Assembly (NCBI GenBank): GCA_051882115.1
Contig: JBJERF010000056.1
Span: 5,093 to 69,092, forward strand
From: Ruminococcus sp.
GTDB lineage: Bacteria; Bacillota; Clostridia; Oscillospirales; Ruminococcaceae
DNA length: 64,000 nt
Direction: 5' to 3'
Shown piece by piece: positions 61,581 to 64,000 of this stretch. The position numbers and the translations under genes were made by a program. The notes under the pieces are model-generated. The model saw only the letters and a program-made list of their open reading frames with translations. It made no database searches and had not been told where the DNA came from. How positions within the stretch are numbered: position 1 is the first letter of the stretch; each line of letters starts with the position of its first letter.

Positions 61581-61919
61581 AATGAAAATGCGTTTTCGCA
61601 AATATTGAAAAGCCCCCGAAACTGCGTAAAATATCGCTTTTTCGGGGATTTTTCTTATGTCAATCTTGCTGTAATTTTTGTGAGTTTGGGACGGTTTTGA
61701 CCGTGATGTAGCTGAAATGAAGCTGATTTTGAGTTACATTCTCTTATAAAAAATAATGAGGGAATGAGGTGAAATGGATTAGCAATACAAAATATTTCTG
61801 ATAACCTATTGCTTTTCCCACCAAGTCATGCTATAATGGAAACAAGAAATTTGTCAAATCTGTACGAAAGGTAGAAAAAATGTATTATCGTTCGTTTTTG
61901 TGTTGCAAGGAATAAAAAG

Positions 61920-62196
61920 AAATATTTCAGTTCTATTGTCTACAATAGCTTCCCCTGGTGCATTCCCACTGATAAACAAAAAAACCTTATCGAACAAACC
62001 GTACAGGGAATCCTTGATGCAAGAGCAAAATATCCTGAATGTTCCCTTTCCGATCTCTACGATGAAACAACTCCGGAAGGCACACCACCAGAAAAATGAC
62101 TTTGCGGTTATGGTGGCTTATGGGTTTGATAAAAAGATTACCGAGAACGAGTGTGTAGCGGGGATGATGAAGATGTATCAGAAATTTTCAAAGTAA
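61920..62196 (+). pseudogene. Frameshifted C-terminal remnant of an MmeI-like (type IIL) restriction-modification enzyme
   Basis: Frame A: IVYNSFPW...ILDARAKYPECSLSDLYDETT; frameshift near 62070; frame B: LRKAHHQKNDFAVMVAYGF...ECVAGMMKMYQ. Confidence 0.8.
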
Positions 62197-62335
62197 TGTT
62201 ATAACAAGCACAAGAGAAAATATATTGAAATCAATCAATAATTATGAATTAAAGCATTTTTGATACAGATGCAAAAAGTGGTTGCAAGTAATATTGTCAG
62301 TAATATGGAATCATTATAAAAATGGAGTGGATAAA

Positions 62336-63370
62336 ATGCCGTATACTGTAAAATCCAGCGAAAAATTAAGAAAGTCTGCTGCTGATAGTGAAACTAAGGC
62401 ATTGCTATATCTAATGAATTTTAGAAATGACAGCAGGGAAATTTACTATTTTGTAGTCGATTTTTTTAATGACTTGACAGGCATGGATCGTTACTCTTCA
62501 AAGTTATGGGATATTCAATCAAAAGCAGAAAAGAATAATTCCCCTAATGCAATAGGTAGGGAGTTAGTAACTTTATATAAAAATTATATTAGCGAATTGG
62601 ACTTTGCATATTATATCTTATTTTTTGGTGGAATGAGTATTAAACACCTTGTAAATTCAACACTGACTTCATTTGGAATTGAGAATTTAGCAGATGATGC
62701 AAAAAGAAAAGTAACTGAAGGGTTAAAAAAAGAAGCAAAGAAGAAAACTTACATTGATAATACAACTATTACAGACGATAGAATAGATGATTTCTTAACT
62801 AAAGTTTTATTTGTTATTGACGATAAAGAGCCTATAGAGTACGTTCGAGCTATAATAAAAGATCACCCTGCTATAATTCCTGAAGAACATGTTTTAACAG
62901 CAATATTTAATGAAATAAGGAATAAACAATCTGAGAAGAAAAATACTTGTGTAGAAGGTATAACGATTTCAACTACAGATGAAGTGTTAAATTATTGCCG
63001 CCATTTAACAAGTAGTGAGATAAGGTTACTAACCTTGCAGAGGATGATTAATCAAAACCCAGTTGAAAAAGGAGTGCCATCTTGTTTTATCCCGATTTAT
63101 AACAGTTGGGTGGCTGAAAAACAAAACGAAATGCTTGATGAATGTAAACAATCCTTATGCCGTGCATTATTTAATAAAAATGCTGCCGACTCATTTTGGA
63201 CATTGTTTGAATGTATTTATAACACGATAATAAAAAATCCAGATTGGAATGTTGAAGAAATTTATCGGTCATTAGATTTTAAAATCAAATCTGCATCACC
63301 TGATTTTGATACGCTATCACTTAAGTATTTTATTGCTGTTGTGAAAGGAGGCTTACAAGGTGATAATTAA
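62336..63370 (+). CDS. Putative Lamassu LmuA-like effector (Cap4/PD-(D/E)xK-like N-terminus plus helical C-terminal domain)
   Basis: E..ALLYL...DFFND...WDIQSK acidic/QxK pattern; overlaps the downstream SMC-like ATPase gene. Confidence 0.6.
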   Translation: MPYTVKSSEKLRKSAADSETKALLYLMNFRNDSREIYYFVVDFFNDLTGMDRYSSKLWDIQSKAEKNNSPNAIGRELVTLYKNYISELDFAYYILFFGGMSIKHLVNSTLTSFGIENLADDAKRKVTEGLKKEAKKKTYIDNTTITDDRIDDFLTKVLFVIDDKEPIEYVRAIIKDHPAIIPEEHVLTAIFNEIRNKQSEKKNTCVEGITISTTDEVLNYCRHLTSSEIRLLTLQRMINQNPVEKGVPSCFIPIYNSWVAEKQNEMLDECKQSLCRALFNKNAADSFWTLFECIYNTIIKNPDWNVEEIYRSLDFKIKSASPDFDTLSLKYFIAVVKGGLQGDN

Positions 63371-64000
63371 AAAATTAGCAATTGGCAATAGTGAAGAAGC
63401 TTTTGTTGAAAAATCATTTACAGATAGATTGAATATTATTTCCAGTGATGATAATAATAAAGGAAAGACAATAGTAATTCAATCTTTGATGTATGCTTTA
63501 GGAAATGAACCTACTTTTCCAACTTCTTTTGATTACCAAAAATATTATCACTATGTAGAATTTGAAGTAGAAAGTACAATATATAAAATATGTAGGCATG
63601 CTCATGGCATTGTATTAAAGCATGGTACAACATTAATGATATTTGATAATGTTTCAGAATTAAAACGGTATTGGACAAAACATATTTTTCGGTTGCCAAT
63701 AATAACAAAGAATCAAATTCAGAAGATTGTGGATCCGGTCTTGTTCTTTCAATTATTCTTCGTTGGACAAGATAAAAAAGATACATCAAATATATCACAT
63801 CCTGGATTATATAATAAGCAGGATTTCTATTCAATGTTATATGATTTTTGCAATATCGGTGGCGTTGAATTTGATGATAAAGAGGTTCAACAGATTAAAG
63901 AAAAAATTAAAAAATTAAATCAGGATAAGTCACTTCTGCTAAGAGAATTTGAAGTGTTGAAGTCTTCTAATTCGCCAATAAGTTATCTAAGTTCTATAAA
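63360..64000 (+). CDS. SMC/Rad50-like ABC ATPase (LmuB-like), 5' part only; not in ORF track
   Basis: GTG start behind AAGGAGG; MIIKKLAIGNSEEAF...LNIISSDDNNKGKTIVIQSLMYALG Walker A, FFVGQD Q-loop, coiled coil begins; frame open to window end. Confidence 0.8.
   Translation, partial: MIIKKLAIGNSEEAFVEKSFTDRLNIISSDDNNKGKTIVIQSLMYALGNEPTFPTSFDYQKYYHYVEFEVESTIYKICRHAHGIVLKHGTTLMIFDNVSELKRYWTKHIFRLPIITKNQIQKIVDPVLFFQLFFVGQDKKDTSNISHPGLYNKQDFYSMLYDFCNIGGVEFDDKEVQQIKEKIKKLNQDKSLLLREFEVLKSSNSPISYLSSI

Larger units (their letters stand above)
61581..64000. mobile_element. AT-rich genomic/defence island at the tmRNA 3' end (continues beyond window)
   Basis: Visible shift to AT-rich sequence and codon usage after ssrA; RM remnant and nuclease/SMC pair; no integrase seen in window. 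Confidence 0.65.

Noticed and set aside
61900-62196. 98-aa ORF as an intact gene
   Set aside because: Only its last ~40 residues are in the homologous frame; it is a frameshifted RM remnant
63511-63918. Short ORFs listed at the window end
   Set aside because: They overlap the longer open SMC-like frame starting at 63360

Overview
Chromosomal window from a spore-forming, dockerin-encoding Ruminococcus-type (Oscillospiraceae) bacterium; the taxonomy is inferred from gene content. The backbone is housekeeping genes: proC, rpsO-pnp, cls, pheA, ruvCAB, glmM, ecfA1A2T, truA, a ClpE-like ATPase, three tRNAs, sigK and smpB-ssrA. Accessory modules are an AraC/GH59 lipoprotein pair, three dockerin proteins (unknown domain, PL31-like beta-helix, CBM4-GH9-Doc-GH16), a Zn-type ABC importer with a Fur-family box, the uncharacterised IscU-like/GGGtGRT pair, and a partial capsule locus behind an ISAs1 remnant. 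Two modules stand out: an MBOAT-DHHW-FkbH-ACP operon that looks like a Dlt-like glyceryl-transfer pathway, and an AT-rich island after tmRNA with an MmeI-like remnant and a Lamassu-like nuclease/SMC pair cut by the window end. Intergenic DNA holds a three-copy multi-hairpin repeat, a GTAG-type REP doublet, a MITE-like element, and a 14-bp direct repeat flanking the AraC-GH9/GH16 cassette. All family calls come from motif recognition by eye; no database searches were run.
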